From an uncultured Acidiferrobacteraceae bacterium (GTDB taxonomy: Bacteria > Pseudomonadota > Gammaproteobacteria > Acidiferrobacterales > SZUA-150), in the NCBI GenBank assembly GCA_913009895.1, contig CAJVXY010000008.1:9904-73903 (forward strand): a stretch of DNA of 64,000 bases, in the 5' to 3' direction. Each line of letters begins with the position of its first letter. Position 1 is the first letter of the stretch. The position numbers and the translations under genes are program-made. The notes under the pieces are model-generated. The model saw only the letters and a list, made by a program, of their open reading frames with translations, had not been told where the DNA came from and did not search any database. Below are positions 1 to 8,747 of this stretch, in pieces.

Positions 1-287
1 AAAAAACAGAAGGATCAGGCTCGATTGAAATTATGATAAGCTTCAAACCAGTGTGATTTTTTATATCAGATTTCTCAGGGTTATGGCGTTAAAAAAATAA
101 ACTACCTGAAGAATTTGAAAAATGACCTGGTCAAAACACTATAATTAAAAAACTTGCAGGGACAGCTTGTCAAAGAGCTTCGGTGGCAAATGACATTTCT
201 TCTCAGATACCACCGAGTCCTTTAGCGTTTAATTTTGGCAATATATCGTTTTTAAAATATTATAGCAGGTATAAAGGAGCTGAAATA

Positions 288-614
288 ATGAGCATACAGG
301 CTTCAAGAGATAGCGAAGGGTATTTAATAAATCCAGATGACTGGACTGAGGAAATTGCAATTGAATTGGCCAGGGAAGAAAATATTGAATTGAATGATGC
401 CTACTGGCAGGTCCTGAACTACATAAGACAGTATTATGATGATGAAAGTATTATCCCGGACGTGCGTCATTTAATGAGCTATTTGTCTACAGAGAACAAT
501 TGCAGCAGAAAAGAAGCCAAGAAACATATTTTTGAATTGTTTCCCTACGGCTATGTTAAACAGGCATGTAAAATAGCTGGCATGAAACGACCACGAGCAT
601 GGAGCACCGGTTAA
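288..614 (+). CDS. DsrC/TusE-family sulfur-relay-like protein (108 aa from the ATG at 288)
   Basis: The ORF track runs 183..614. An internal ATG at 288 is preceded by AAAGGAG (274-280). The translation (YLINPDDWTEEIAIELAREENIELNDAYWQVLNYIRQYY...FPYGYVKQACKIAGMKRP) resembles DsrC/TusE. The C-terminus is RAWSTG*, without the usual terminal Cys. Confidence 0.75.
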   Translation: MSIQASRDSEGYLINPDDWTEEIAIELAREENIELNDAYWQVLNYIRQYYDDESIIPDVRHLMSYLSTENNCSRKEAKKHIFELFPYGYVKQACKIAGMKRPRAWSTG

Positions 615-615
615 G

Positions 616-939
616 TTGAACGCATCATCAGGGACAAACCACGTTTTTTTACAATACCATATTTATGGACAGTTGTTGCTGTGGCTGAAAAATATTAATG
701 AAACTGCATGGCAATTTTACGATCAATGGCAAGCCTTAAAAAAAGGTGCAAATGTGCCGTGATTTACGATTTATCCTTTTTTCCTGGTACACATGCTGGT
801 CTTTGGCGGTTCTGGTTTTTTTATTGCGTACGGTGAGCTGAATACCCCGGTAGATTTTTTATACATGCATGGCGGAATCGCAATTTTTGTTTAGACAATT
901 TTTTACCTGGTGTTTTTTGGCGCTGGTAAAGTCGAATAG
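616..939 (+). pseudogene. Possible decayed small membrane-protein gene (one frame open except for TGA 760-762 and TAG 892-894)
   Basis: My hand translation of one frame gives LNASSGTNHVFLQYHIYGQLLLWLKNINETAWQFYDQWQALKKGANVP*FTIYPFFLVHMLVFGGSGFFIAYGELNTPVDFLYMHGGIAIFV*TIFYLVFFGAGKVE*. The hydrophobic stretches look like TM helices. I recognise no family. Confidence 0.25.
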
Positions 940-963
940 TGTGTTCAAGTGACAGGACCCGGG

Positions 964-1356
964 ATGGTAATTATGATTGCATGTAATCAGTGCGGAAAAT
1001 GTTGTAAAAAATACAGCAATGGCGGTTTATCTGCGACTAAAAACGAGATTGAATACTGGGAGGCCCACAGGCCCGATATCTACAAATATGTCAGGAATGG
1101 CAACATTTGGCTGGATCCGGATACAGGTCAGCAGATCGAGTTATGTCCATGGCTCAAAAAATTATCAAATAAAAATGCCTATATTTGCGGTATCTACAAT
1201 GACCGTCCGGAAGACTGTCGAGCCTATCCTTCAACGCTTGACGAAATGATATTGGATGAATGTGAGATGATAGAAACGCACGATCTGCTAAATCAGCAAC
1301 AAGCGAAAAAAACGCTGGAAACTCTCATGGCTGTTGATCGATACCCGAATTTATAG
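964..1356 (+). CDS. YkgJ-family (UPF0153) cysteine-cluster protein
   Basis: It has an N-terminal CNQCGKCC motif and later CPWL...YICGIYNDRPEDCRAYP, typical of the YkgJ Zn/Fe-chelating family. The start is ambiguous (GTG 949, ATG 964 or ATG 973). Confidence 0.7.
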   Translation: MVIMIACNQCGKCCKKYSNGGLSATKNEIEYWEAHRPDIYKYVRNGNIWLDPDTGQQIELCPWLKKLSNKNAYICGIYNDRPEDCRAYPSTLDEMILDECEMIETHDLLNQQQAKKTLETLMAVDRYPNL

Positions 1357-1460
1357 ACCTGGCTCTATAGGTTGGGTAAAATTTTCTGCAATAATATCCT
1401 GGCCAACATAAGCCGTGTAGATTTATTTTTCAATAAGAAATCGTAAAACAGGGAGATTTT

Positions 1461-1940
1461 ATGGCCGAGATAATCAAACAAAGAATGACTGCAGAGGTTG
1501 ATGGAGAGTTTGTGGTATTTCTTATCGGCTTACGAATTAACCACTTTTGGAAAATTCATAAATGGTTGCCTGTGTTTCTGGCGATGCCAAAAATGCTTAT
1601 TGAGTTATACAAAAACCCGGAAATGGGATTTCTAAGTCATGAGCAGTGGTTTGGACGAACGACGATAATGGTTCAATACTGGAAATCATTCGAGCAACTG
1701 GAGAATTATGCAAAAAGTAAAACATCAAACCATCTCCCCGCATGGGCAGCATTCAATAAAAAGATAGGCAACAACGGAGACGTAGGTATTTGGCACGAAA
1801 CCTACCTGTCGAAAACAGGCAGTTACGAGTGTGTCTATAATAATATGCCCAGGTTTGGTTTGGCAAAAGCCGCTAATAGCGTACCGGCGACAGGAAAGTA
1901 TCAGTCGGCCAATGATAGAATTAATCAAAAAAATAGTTAG
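1461..1940 (+). CDS. DUF4188 domain protein
   Basis: A GGGAG RBS lies upstream of the ATG. FVVFLIGLRINHFWKIHKWLPV...WFGRTTIMVQYWKSFEQLENYA...GIWHETY matches my memory of DUF4188 proteins. Confidence 0.6.
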   Translation: MAEIIKQRMTAEVDGEFVVFLIGLRINHFWKIHKWLPVFLAMPKMLIELYKNPEMGFLSHEQWFGRTTIMVQYWKSFEQLENYAKSKTSNHLPAWAAFNKKIGNNGDVGIWHETYLSKTGSYECVYNNMPRFGLAKAANSVPATGKYQSANDRINQKNS

Positions 1941-2046
1941 TGCCAGGATTAATTAATCTCAGTATTAACTAACCTGCAGTTTAATGCACTGTGATTTCAG
2001 TATTCAGATAATTTAAACTGGCGTTTACTCCAGGGAGTAATAAGTG

Positions 2047-2629
2047 ATGGAATCATGGATCATTATTTTAGTGCATTTGATTATATTCCAGGGAATGTTT
2101 ATAACAAAAAATATTACGCTCGGTAGAAAAATTAAAAAAAAGATACGCGGTAAGAATATAGAGGCGACTATTTCGATAATCTATTACAGCCTTATTATTG
2201 CCGCATTATCTCTAAGTGTATTTAACCTTTCATTTGGAAAACTTCAATTAACACAGGATTCCACGGCAACAATTGCCGGAATTGCACTGCTTATTTTTAG
2301 TCTCATTATATCAGCCGCAACATTAGTAGATTTAGGCGACTCCTGGAGAGTCGGTGTTTTGGGGGACCAGGCAACCGAATTAGTTACATCCGGGATTTAT
2401 CGGCTTACACGTAATCCGTATTTTATTTCTTACCTGCTGATGTTTGTTGGCTATACTGTTATTCTCCAGAACTTACTGTTATTAAGTCTTACAGTTATAG
2501 CCATATTTTTTTGTGCACTTTATGATATTGAAAGAAGAAAAGTACTTGTTTACAGTACATCCCAAGAAATTTTCTGAGTATAAGAACAATGTTCCAAGAT
2601 ATCTCTTTATACAATTACTTGCAGGATAG
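2047..2629 (+). pseudogene. Isoprenylcysteine carboxyl methyltransferase (ICMT)/phospholipid methyltransferase-family membrane protein, interrupted by a frameshift in a T7 run (2506-2512)
   Basis: The frame up to the T-run reads GIYRLTRNPYFISYLLMFVGYTVIL, an ICMT-type motif. After the T-run the family-typical C-terminus HFMILKEEKYLFTVHPKKFSEYKNNVPRYLFIQLLAG* continues in the next frame and ends at 2629. The called ORF instead ends at 2577 in non-homologous sequence. Removing one T restores a single ORF. Confidence 0.7.
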
Positions 2630-2702
2630 TGTTGCATACTGGGTGTGCCAGGTTGGCTCAAGCTACGATAATTTATAATACAAATATGAACGGGAGATAA
2701 GA

Positions 2703-4808
2703 ATGAAAAACAGGCGTTTTACTGGTTTGAAGTTGGCAATCACTGCCCTGAGTTTTTTACTTGCCGGTGTGGCGTTAGCAGCAGGCGGTGGCGGTGAGGT
2801 CAAGACTAACCCCGGCGCATTGACAGGCAAGCACTTTCACCCGAAAGGCAAGTTGCCATCAAAATATATAATTGCCGCGCAAAAACAACAGCGCAAGATG
2901 TTACCGTTTTCTGATAAAAGGGATTTCGCAGAACAGAAAAAAGGCTTTATTGCCGCGCCTGACTACAAACAAATCAAGGCCGAGGCAGGCAATGTGGCCT
3001 GGGATATGGGCAGTTACGAATGGCTATTAAAAGGAAAGGATTTCGATAGCATCCATCCCTCACTGCAGCGTCAGGCCATCCTGAATATGAACTATGGTCT
3101 ATACGAAGTCATTCCCGGTATTTACCAGATACGCGGTTTTGACCTGGCTAATATTACATTCATTAAAAGCAAGACGGGCTGGATTATTTTTGATCCATTA
3201 ACCACCAAGGAAACGGCAGCGGCGGCACTTAAGTTCATTAATGAAAAACTCGGTAAACGACCTGTGGTCGCAGTGGTTTACTCTCATTCCCATGCAGACC
3301 ATTTTGGCGGTGTCCGGGGTGTTGCCAGTCTGGAAGATGTTAATAGCGGCAAAATCAAGATTATTGCCCCGGTTGGTTTTATGGAAAATGCAGTGGCAGA
3401 AAATGTTTATGCCGGTAATGCCATGAATCGTCGCCTGTTCTACCAGTATGGGGTGTTATTAACACGTGGTCCGTTTGGACACGTAGATCAATCGATTGGT
3501 AAAAATGTAGCGGCGGGCAATGTTGGCCTCATTCCACCAACAGTAATTATTAAGAAAAATATCGAAGAGATGATTGTTGATGGCATCAAAATGGTATTCC
3601 AGAACACACCGGGCACCGAAGCACCAGCAGAAATGAATACCTATTTCCCTGATCTGAAGGCATTCTGGGCGGCTGAGAATATCACCGGCACTATCCATAA
3701 TATATACACACTGCGCGGTGCCCTGGTGCGTGATGCCCTGGAATGGTCCAAGCAAATCAACGTTGCACTTTATAAATTTGGCCAGAAATCGGATGTGATG
3801 TTTGCATCTCACAGTTGGCCGCGTTGGGGCAATAAGCGGGTGCAGGAAGTTATGCGTGCACAACGTGATACCTATGCCAATTTAAATAACGGTGTATTAC
3901 GTCTGGCTAACCAGGGCGTTACCATTAACCAGATCCACAACCAATACAAAGTACCCAAAAGTCTGCAGCAGCAATGGGCCGCACGCAGTTATCATGGTTC
4001 TGTCGAGCATAATAGTCGCGCCGTTATTAATCGCTACCTTGGCTATTGGGATGCCAATCCAGCGACACTGATTCCATTGTCACCGGAAGACTCAGCGCCC
4101 CTGTATGTGGAAATGATGGGCGGCTCGAGGAAAATTATGCGCAAGGGCCGGTCTCTGTACAAGAAAGGAAAGTATCGTTATGCACAAGAGATACTGAATA
4201 AACTGGTTTATGCACAACCAAAAAACCAAAAGGCGAAGGATCTGCTGGCCGATGTTTTCGAGCAGATTGGTTACCAGCAGGAGAGCCCCAGCGTTCGCAA
4301 CAGTTTTCTGGCAGGTGCTTTAGAGTTACGTTCAGGCATTCCCTCAGGCGCCTCACCCAAATCATCTGGCCCCGATATGATCCAGGCGATGAGCACGGAG
4401 TTATTTCTGGATTTCCTTGGTATTAGACTGGATAGCAATAAGGCTGATGGTAAAGAATTTAAAATAAACCTGGTTACACCAGATAACAAAGAAAAATTTG
4501 TGCTTGAACTGAGCAATGGCACATTAACAAACATTAAGGGTTATCAGGCAAAAGATGCTGATCTTACCGTCACCATTAACCGCTCCGATCTGGAAAAGAC
4601 CATGATGGGCGCGATTAGTCTTGATGATCAAATCAAGTCCGGTAAAGCCAGGCTTAAGGGCAATAAAAAAGTACTTGCGCAGTTAAAAACCATGATGGTG
4701 CAATTTGACGTGGGATTTGAAATACTGCCGGGTACCGGTGCCAAGGATCTGACACCAGAGAAAAAGCCTTTTCAACAGGAAGACCTTGGTGACACTGCCG
4801 GCGGTTAG
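2703..4808 (+). CDS. Secreted MBL-fold alkyl/aryl sulfatase (SdsA1/BDS1-like) with a C-terminal SCP2-like domain
   Basis: It has a signal-like N-terminus (LAITALSFLLAGVALAAGG) and the metallo-beta-lactamase motif YSHSHADHFGG. Its 701-aa length and architecture are typical of alkyl sulfatases. A GGGAG RBS is present. Confidence 0.85.
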   Translation: MKNRRFTGLKLAITALSFLLAGVALAAGGGGEVKTNPGALTGKHFHPKGKLPSKYIIAAQKQQRKMLPFSDKRDFAEQKKGFIAAPDYKQIKAEAGNVAWDMGSYEWLLKGKDFDSIHPSLQRQAILNMNYGLYEVIPGIYQIRGFDLANITFIKSKTGWIIFDPLTTKETAAAALKFINEKLGKRPVVAVVYSHSHADHFGGVRGVASLEDVNSGKIKIIAPVGFMENAVAENVYAGNAMNRRLFYQYGVLLTRGPFGHVDQSIGKNVAAGNVGLIPPTVIIKKNIEEMIVDGIKMVFQNTPGTEAPAEMNTYFPDLKAFWAAENITGTIHNIYTLRGALVRDALEWSKQINVALYKFGQKSDVMFASHSWPRWGNKRVQEVMRAQRDTYANLNNGVLRLANQGVTINQIHNQYKVPKSLQQQWAARSYHGSVEHNSRAVINRYLGYWDANPATLIPLSPEDSAPLYVEMMGGSRKIMRKGRSLYKKGKYRYAQEILNKLVYAQPKNQKAKDLLADVFEQIGYQQESPSVRNSFLAGALELRSGIPSGASPKSSGPDMIQAMSTELFLDFLGIRLDSNKADGKEFKINLVTPDNKEKFVLELSNGTLTNIKGYQAKDADLTVTINRSDLEKTMMGAISLDDQIKSGKARLKGNKKVLAQLKTMMVQFDVGFEILPGTGAKDLTPEKKPFQQEDLGDTAGG

Positions 4809-4867
4809 TTTTAAGTCAGGCTTTTCTGCTAAAGCGTTAACTTTTTAAGTCTTTAGCTACGATATTT

Positions 4868-4899
4868 CATCACCGGCGTTTTCTGCGCCGGTGATGTTT
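4868..4899 (+). terminator. Rho-independent terminator downstream of the sulfatase gene
   Basis: A perfect 11-bp stem, catcaccggcg (4868-4878) with cgccggtgatg (4886-4896), has a 7-nt loop and is followed by TTT. Confidence 0.65.
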
Positions 4900-4930
4900 G
4901 CCGTTATTCTTCAGAACAGGTATATCTGGT

Positions 4931-5257
4931 ATGGATATATTATTAATAGCAGTATTCTTTGTCATAGTTTTATTTTACTTTGTCCCGAAAATCAGAAAGG
5001 GATTCAAGGGAGCACTGTATGGCGCTGAATTCATTAAAAAATACGGCGAGGTAGATGTTAGATATATTGGGGTGTTTGAACAAAAAATATCCATATCACA
5101 GGTAAAAGATTCGGGCGTAGAAAAAATTGGCATAAATTTCATAACAGTTAAAAAGCAATTTGCGTATAGACACATCCAGCCAAGGCCATATACAGTTAGC
5201 AGGGAAGAGGCAAAAAAACTTATTAAATTATTAACCGAGGCCGTTAGTGATACATAA
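4931..5257 (+). CDS. Hypothetical single-pass membrane protein
   Basis: The ORF is called from 4898, but that start lies inside the terminator hairpin. The ATG at 4931 gives MDILLIAVFFVIVLFYFVPK..., a TM helix. I recognise no family. Confidence 0.4.
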   Translation: MDILLIAVFFVIVLFYFVPKIRKGFKGALYGAEFIKKYGEVDVRYIGVFEQKISISQVKDSGVEKIGINFITVKKQFAYRHIQPRPYTVSREEAKKLIKLLTEAVSDT

Positions 5258-5306
5258 CAGTCCATCCTACGCTCAAATGTTTTCCCGAATATAAAAGAGG
5301 CGTGAT

Positions 5307-5936
5307 GTGAAAATAACAATTATCGGTGCATCTCATGGAATCGGTAACCAGTTATTAAAGTTGGCGCTTGCGGAAAGCCATGAAGTCACTGCTCTCCTGA
5401 GAAAGCCAGAAAATCTTAAAGTTACAGACGCCAACCTGCATATCATCAAGGGTGATATCCTTGATCCATCCAGCGTTACCAGTGCCACTACCGATCAAGA
5501 TGCGATTTGTGTCTGTATTGGGATACCGCCAGGCCGAAAACCTGTTACGGTATTTTCACAAGGCATAAATAATGTACTTTCCGCAATCGGTAATAATACA
5601 GAACAAAAGCTTATCGTAGTCACGGGGATCGGGGCAGGGGACAGTAAGGGCCATGGCGGTTTTTTGTATGATCGCGTGATCAACCCGCTCCTGTTAAAAG
5701 AAATATACAAAGATAAAAATCGTGAAGAAGCCATAATTAAGGAAAGTCACGTCAACTGGATGATAGTTCGTCCCGGTTTTCTCACAAATGGGCCTGGAAC
5801 AGGGAACTACCGGGTTATTGATGACCTGGCGGGCATTACTGCAGGCAAGATTTCACGCGCAGATGTTGCAGATTTTATGTTAAAACAATTAAAGGAGCCG
5901 ACTCACTTTGGCAGGACGCCATTATTAACCTACTGA
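5307..5936 (+). CDS. NAD(P)H-binding (atypical SDR, BVR-B/NmrA-like) oxidoreductase
   Basis: The N-terminal Rossmann motif is KITIIGASHGIGNQ. The ~210-aa length fits. A GTG start has AAAGAGG upstream. Confidence 0.65.
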   Translation: MKITIIGASHGIGNQLLKLALAESHEVTALLRKPENLKVTDANLHIIKGDILDPSSVTSATTDQDAICVCIGIPPGRKPVTVFSQGINNVLSAIGNNTEQKLIVVTGIGAGDSKGHGGFLYDRVINPLLLKEIYKDKNREEAIIKESHVNWMIVRPGFLTNGPGTGNYRVIDDLAGITAGKISRADVADFMLKQLKEPTHFGRTPLLTY

Positions 5937-5987
5937 AAACCCAGGCTATCTGTGAAATACCGTCCAGCTAAATCTGGTTCAGAGGAG

Positions 5988-6149
5988 AATGGTACTGACT
6001 TAAACCTAATATCTGATTTAAACATGGCTTACCCTAGGTTGGACTGAGGGACGAAGTCCAACGTAAGTGTTAAATAAAGCGCCGTTGTTGGACTTCGTTC
6101 CTCAGTCCAACCTACGGAAAAGACTTATTGGGCTTAAGTCAGTGCCATT
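5988..6149. repeat. Nested inverted-repeat (palindromic) element in the SDR/GNAT intergenic region
   Basis: The inner arms, 6035-6062 (taggttggactgagggacgaagtccaac) and 6087-6114, form a 28-bp stem with one G:T position and a 24-nt loop. The outer arms, 5988-6010 and 6127-6149, pair over 23 nt with 3 mismatches. Each inner arm contains its own mini-hairpin ttggac...gtccaa. Confidence 0.8.
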
Positions 6150-6187
6150 AGGTCCAGTGGACAATTAATTTCAAGGATAGTAATTAT

Positions 6188-6604
6188 ATGAAATATTTTA
6201 TATCAACTGATAAATCAAAACTTGATATAGAGGCTATTCATGATTATTTATGTAATAAATCATATTGGGCCAAGGGACGTAGTTTTGAAAATGTCAGGAA
6301 ATCAATTGACAATTCCATCTGTTTTGGTTTGTATGATTCTGAAAATAAAATATTGGGTTTTGCACGAGTTGTTACCGACAAAGTGGTGTTTGCGTATTTA
6401 ATGGATTTCTTTATTTTTGATGAGTATCAGGGCGATGGCCTGGGTAAAAAACTGGCAAAATATATCATTGAATACCCGGAGTTACAGGTAAGGTTGTGGT
6501 TTTTGGCAACAGATAGCGCCCATGGTTTATATGAGAAGTTCGGGTTTTCTGCTTTGTCTGACCCGGACAGGTATATGCTTAAAAGAGATGAAAATTATTA
6601 CTAA
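6188..6604 (+). CDS. GNAT-family N-acetyltransferase
   Basis: ISTDKSKLDIEAIHDYLCNKSYWAKGRS...GFARVVTDKVVFAYLMDFFIFDEYQGDGLGKKL...LYEKFGF is a typical stand-alone GNAT. Confidence 0.8.
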   Translation: MKYFISTDKSKLDIEAIHDYLCNKSYWAKGRSFENVRKSIDNSICFGLYDSENKILGFARVVTDKVVFAYLMDFFIFDEYQGDGLGKKLAKYIIEYPELQVRLWFLATDSAHGLYEKFGFSALSDPDRYMLKRDENYY

Positions 6605-6673
6605 CATCTAAATCAATTGACAAGCAAATTAGCCAGGTGTTAGCTAGTAACCTGCAATTCTTCAGGAGGTCTT

Positions 6674-7039
6674 ATGTTTAAAGTGACGGCAAGTGGCACT
6701 AATCGTTTAGATATAAAATTAAGTGGGAAACTGGATGCTGATGAGATGAAAATCGCATTAGACGAGTTGGTAAACAAGTCTAAAGATATAAAAAATGGTA
6801 AAATGCTGTATGAAGTTATTGATTTTCAGCTCCCAACATTTAGCGCCATTGTTGTTGAGTTTTCTCGCCTGCCAGCGATGTTAGGGCTTATAAAAAAATT
6901 TGACCGGGCAGCCGTATTGACTGATAAAATCTGGTTAAAGAAGGTGAGTGAGTTTGAGGGTGCGTTATACCCTGGTCTGGAAATCAAGGCTTTTAACAGG
7001 GATGAAAAAGTCGAAGCTGAAGACTGGTTGTCGAGTTAA
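6674..7039 (+). CDS. STAS/SEC14 (SpoIIAA-like, DUF3478-type) domain protein
   Basis: A strong RBS (CAGGAGG) is present. The 121-aa pattern LDIKLSGKLDADEM...FDRAAVLTDKIWLKK...AEDWL resembles SpoIIAA-like family proteins. Confidence 0.5.
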   Translation: MFKVTASGTNRLDIKLSGKLDADEMKIALDELVNKSKDIKNGKMLYEVIDFQLPTFSAIVVEFSRLPAMLGLIKKFDRAAVLTDKIWLKKVSEFEGALYPGLEIKAFNRDEKVEAEDWLSS

Positions 7040-7094
7040 TTCTGACCTTAAATTCAGTTATTTGTTTAATCACCGGGTTTGATATGGAGGTTTT

Positions 7095-7370
7095 ATGAAA
7101 ATTAATATTATTGCATTGTCGGTTGCAGCATCTTTAATCTGGGGTGGCGCGATACTCCTGGTTGCTTCTATGAACGTGATTTGGCCAGGTTATGGCGGCG
7201 CGTTTCTTGAAGTCGTGGCCTCTATTTACCCTGGGTATGATACCGGTGGAGGTTTCGGGTCAGTAATGACAGGTACATTTTTCGCTTTGATCGATGGTGC
7301 GATTGCGGGTGTTATATTCGGCTGGCTCTACAATTTCTTGTCACAGCGGTTTCCAGGAAGCGCAACATAG
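7095..7370 (+). CDS. Small two-TM membrane protein (a family I recall being annotated as bacteriophage holin)
   Basis: An RBS GGAGG is present. The pattern is WGGAILLVASMNVIWPGYGGAFLEVVASIYPGYD...ALIDGAIAGVIFGWLYNF. No other phage genes are nearby. Confidence 0.4.
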   Translation: MKINIIALSVAASLIWGGAILLVASMNVIWPGYGGAFLEVVASIYPGYDTGGGFGSVMTGTFFALIDGAIAGVIFGWLYNFLSQRFPGSAT

Positions 7371-7421
7371 CCGTCATGCGAAATGGCAGTGATCTTTTTT
7401 AGTTCTTTATCGGGTATCTGA

Positions 7422-7871
7422 GTGGACGTTTTTCTAATCAGTCCAGCTTCATCCAGATCATACTGGTACCTCGTCGTACTGATAACACTATTGGCTGTTA
7501 TTTTTACGGTACTTGCCTATACGGCATATTCTTCACGTCATTCCCGTGTCGAGATAGTGAGTGATGGAATTCGGCTAGTCGGTAATTTCTGGGGTCGTGA
7601 GATTCCATTCGACCTGCTAAATGTGGCTGATGCGAGTATTCAGGATATAACAAAAAGTAATGACTACTCGCCGAGACAACGTACGCTTGGAACCGGCCTG
7701 CCTGGATATTCCTCGGGTTGGTATCGTCTTCGTAATGGAGAAAGGGCACTTGTTTATCTTACAAAACGAGAAAATGTTGTATACCTCCCTACCACTGATG
7801 GTTACTCACTACTGCTTAGCGTCGAGGAACCTAAAAAATTTATCGCTACGTTACAGAAAAATAAAAATTAA
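7422..7871 (+). CDS. Membrane-anchored bacterial PH-domain-like protein
   Basis: An N-terminal TM helix (YWYLVVLITLLAVIFTVLAY) is followed by a ~110-aa soluble domain (GWYRLRNGERALVYLTKRENVVYL) reminiscent of bPH domains. The start is GTG. Confidence 0.4.
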   Translation: MDVFLISPASSRSYWYLVVLITLLAVIFTVLAYTAYSSRHSRVEIVSDGIRLVGNFWGREIPFDLLNVADASIQDITKSNDYSPRQRTLGTGLPGYSSGWYRLRNGERALVYLTKRENVVYLPTTDGYSLLLSVEEPKKFIATLQKNKN

Positions 7872-7967
7872 AAAAAATTGATAAGCACTGAAAATAAATT
7901 TCAATTATTGGAAAGTAACAGCTAATTTCGAAATATCATCTAAATTATAATAAAAAAAGGAGGTGTT

Positions 7968-8651
7968 ATGAGTGAAACTGGTAAAATACTTAAATATCAA
8001 TTATGGCATGTGCTTGCCTTATTAGCTTTGCTCACTGTTATCAAAATAATTGTCACGAGCAAGCCGGATATTTTACTCGGCTCATTTTGGAACTTGAGTA
8101 CCAGGTTTTGGTTCTGGTTGGCGATAGCAGTACCAATTATTCACCAAACCTATGTTCTATTGATCTGGCGATTCGAGCTTTACCAGAGAACATTTTCCAG
8201 ACGGTTTGGCGTCAAACGTGCATTTAATTTTTATGCAGCAGGGTTTTCTTTTCTTTTTGCAAGCCGGTTAATTGCGATTATTTTTCTTTCCCTAAGCAAC
8301 AAAGATACGCTGCATTCAGATCCTGTTTTAACCTATGGTATCTCAATATTAATCACACCTTTTATTGTATATCTGTTTTACTCGGTAAAAAAATATTTCA
8401 CCATTGAGCGGGCGTACGGCATTGATCATTTTGATCAAAATTACAACGAGCCGTACGTGAAGCAAGGGATATTTAAATACACAGATAACGGTATGTATGT
8501 GTTTGGTCTCATGGTCCTCTATTTGCCCGGTTTGCTGTTGTTCTCAAAGGCAGCAATTTTGGCCGCGTTATTTAATCATGCATATATTTGGGTGCATTAT
8601 TACTTTACTGAGCGCCCGGACATGATTGAAATTTATGGCAATACACCATAA
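7968..8651 (+). CDS. Polytopic membrane methyltransferase-family protein (PEMT/ICMT superfamily)
   Basis: A strong RBS (AAAGGAGG) is present, with multiple TM helices. The C-terminal GIFKYTDNGMYVFGLMVLYLPGL resembles the PEMT-type motif. Confidence 0.5.
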   Translation: MSETGKILKYQLWHVLALLALLTVIKIIVTSKPDILLGSFWNLSTRFWFWLAIAVPIIHQTYVLLIWRFELYQRTFSRRFGVKRAFNFYAAGFSFLFASRLIAIIFLSLSNKDTLHSDPVLTYGISILITPFIVYLFYSVKKYFTIERAYGIDHFDQNYNEPYVKQGIFKYTDNGMYVFGLMVLYLPGLLLFSKAAILAALFNHAYIWVHYYFTERPDMIEIYGNTP

Positions 8652-8747
8652 AAATAATTTAATTGAAGGTTTTTGTGCAAAAGGATTTGAACGTATTTAT
8701 AAATAAATAAAATACAATAAATTATTTAAAAAACAATATTAATTTTT

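Noticed and set aside
6035-6114. Possible integron attC site, because gtccaac matches RYYYAAC and gttggac matches GTTRRRY
   Set aside because: The orientation is wrong. The stem base reads GTTGGAC...GTCCAAC on both strands, rather than RYYYAAC at the 5' end and GTTRRRY at the 3' end. There are no extrahelical-base asymmetry, no integrase and no cassette array.
6188-7039. GNAT toxin/antitoxin pair (GNAT followed by a small ORF)
   Set aside because: This GNAT belongs to the common stand-alone type (STD..LD...IH.YL...SYWA). There is no upstream RHH/DUF1778 antitoxin. The downstream gene is STAS-like with its own strong RBS 70 nt away.
7095-7370. Prophage remnant, suggested by the holin-like small membrane protein
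   Set aside because: There is no endolysin, spanin, integrase, capsid or tail gene anywhere in the window, and the neighbours are unrelated small membrane or unknown proteins.
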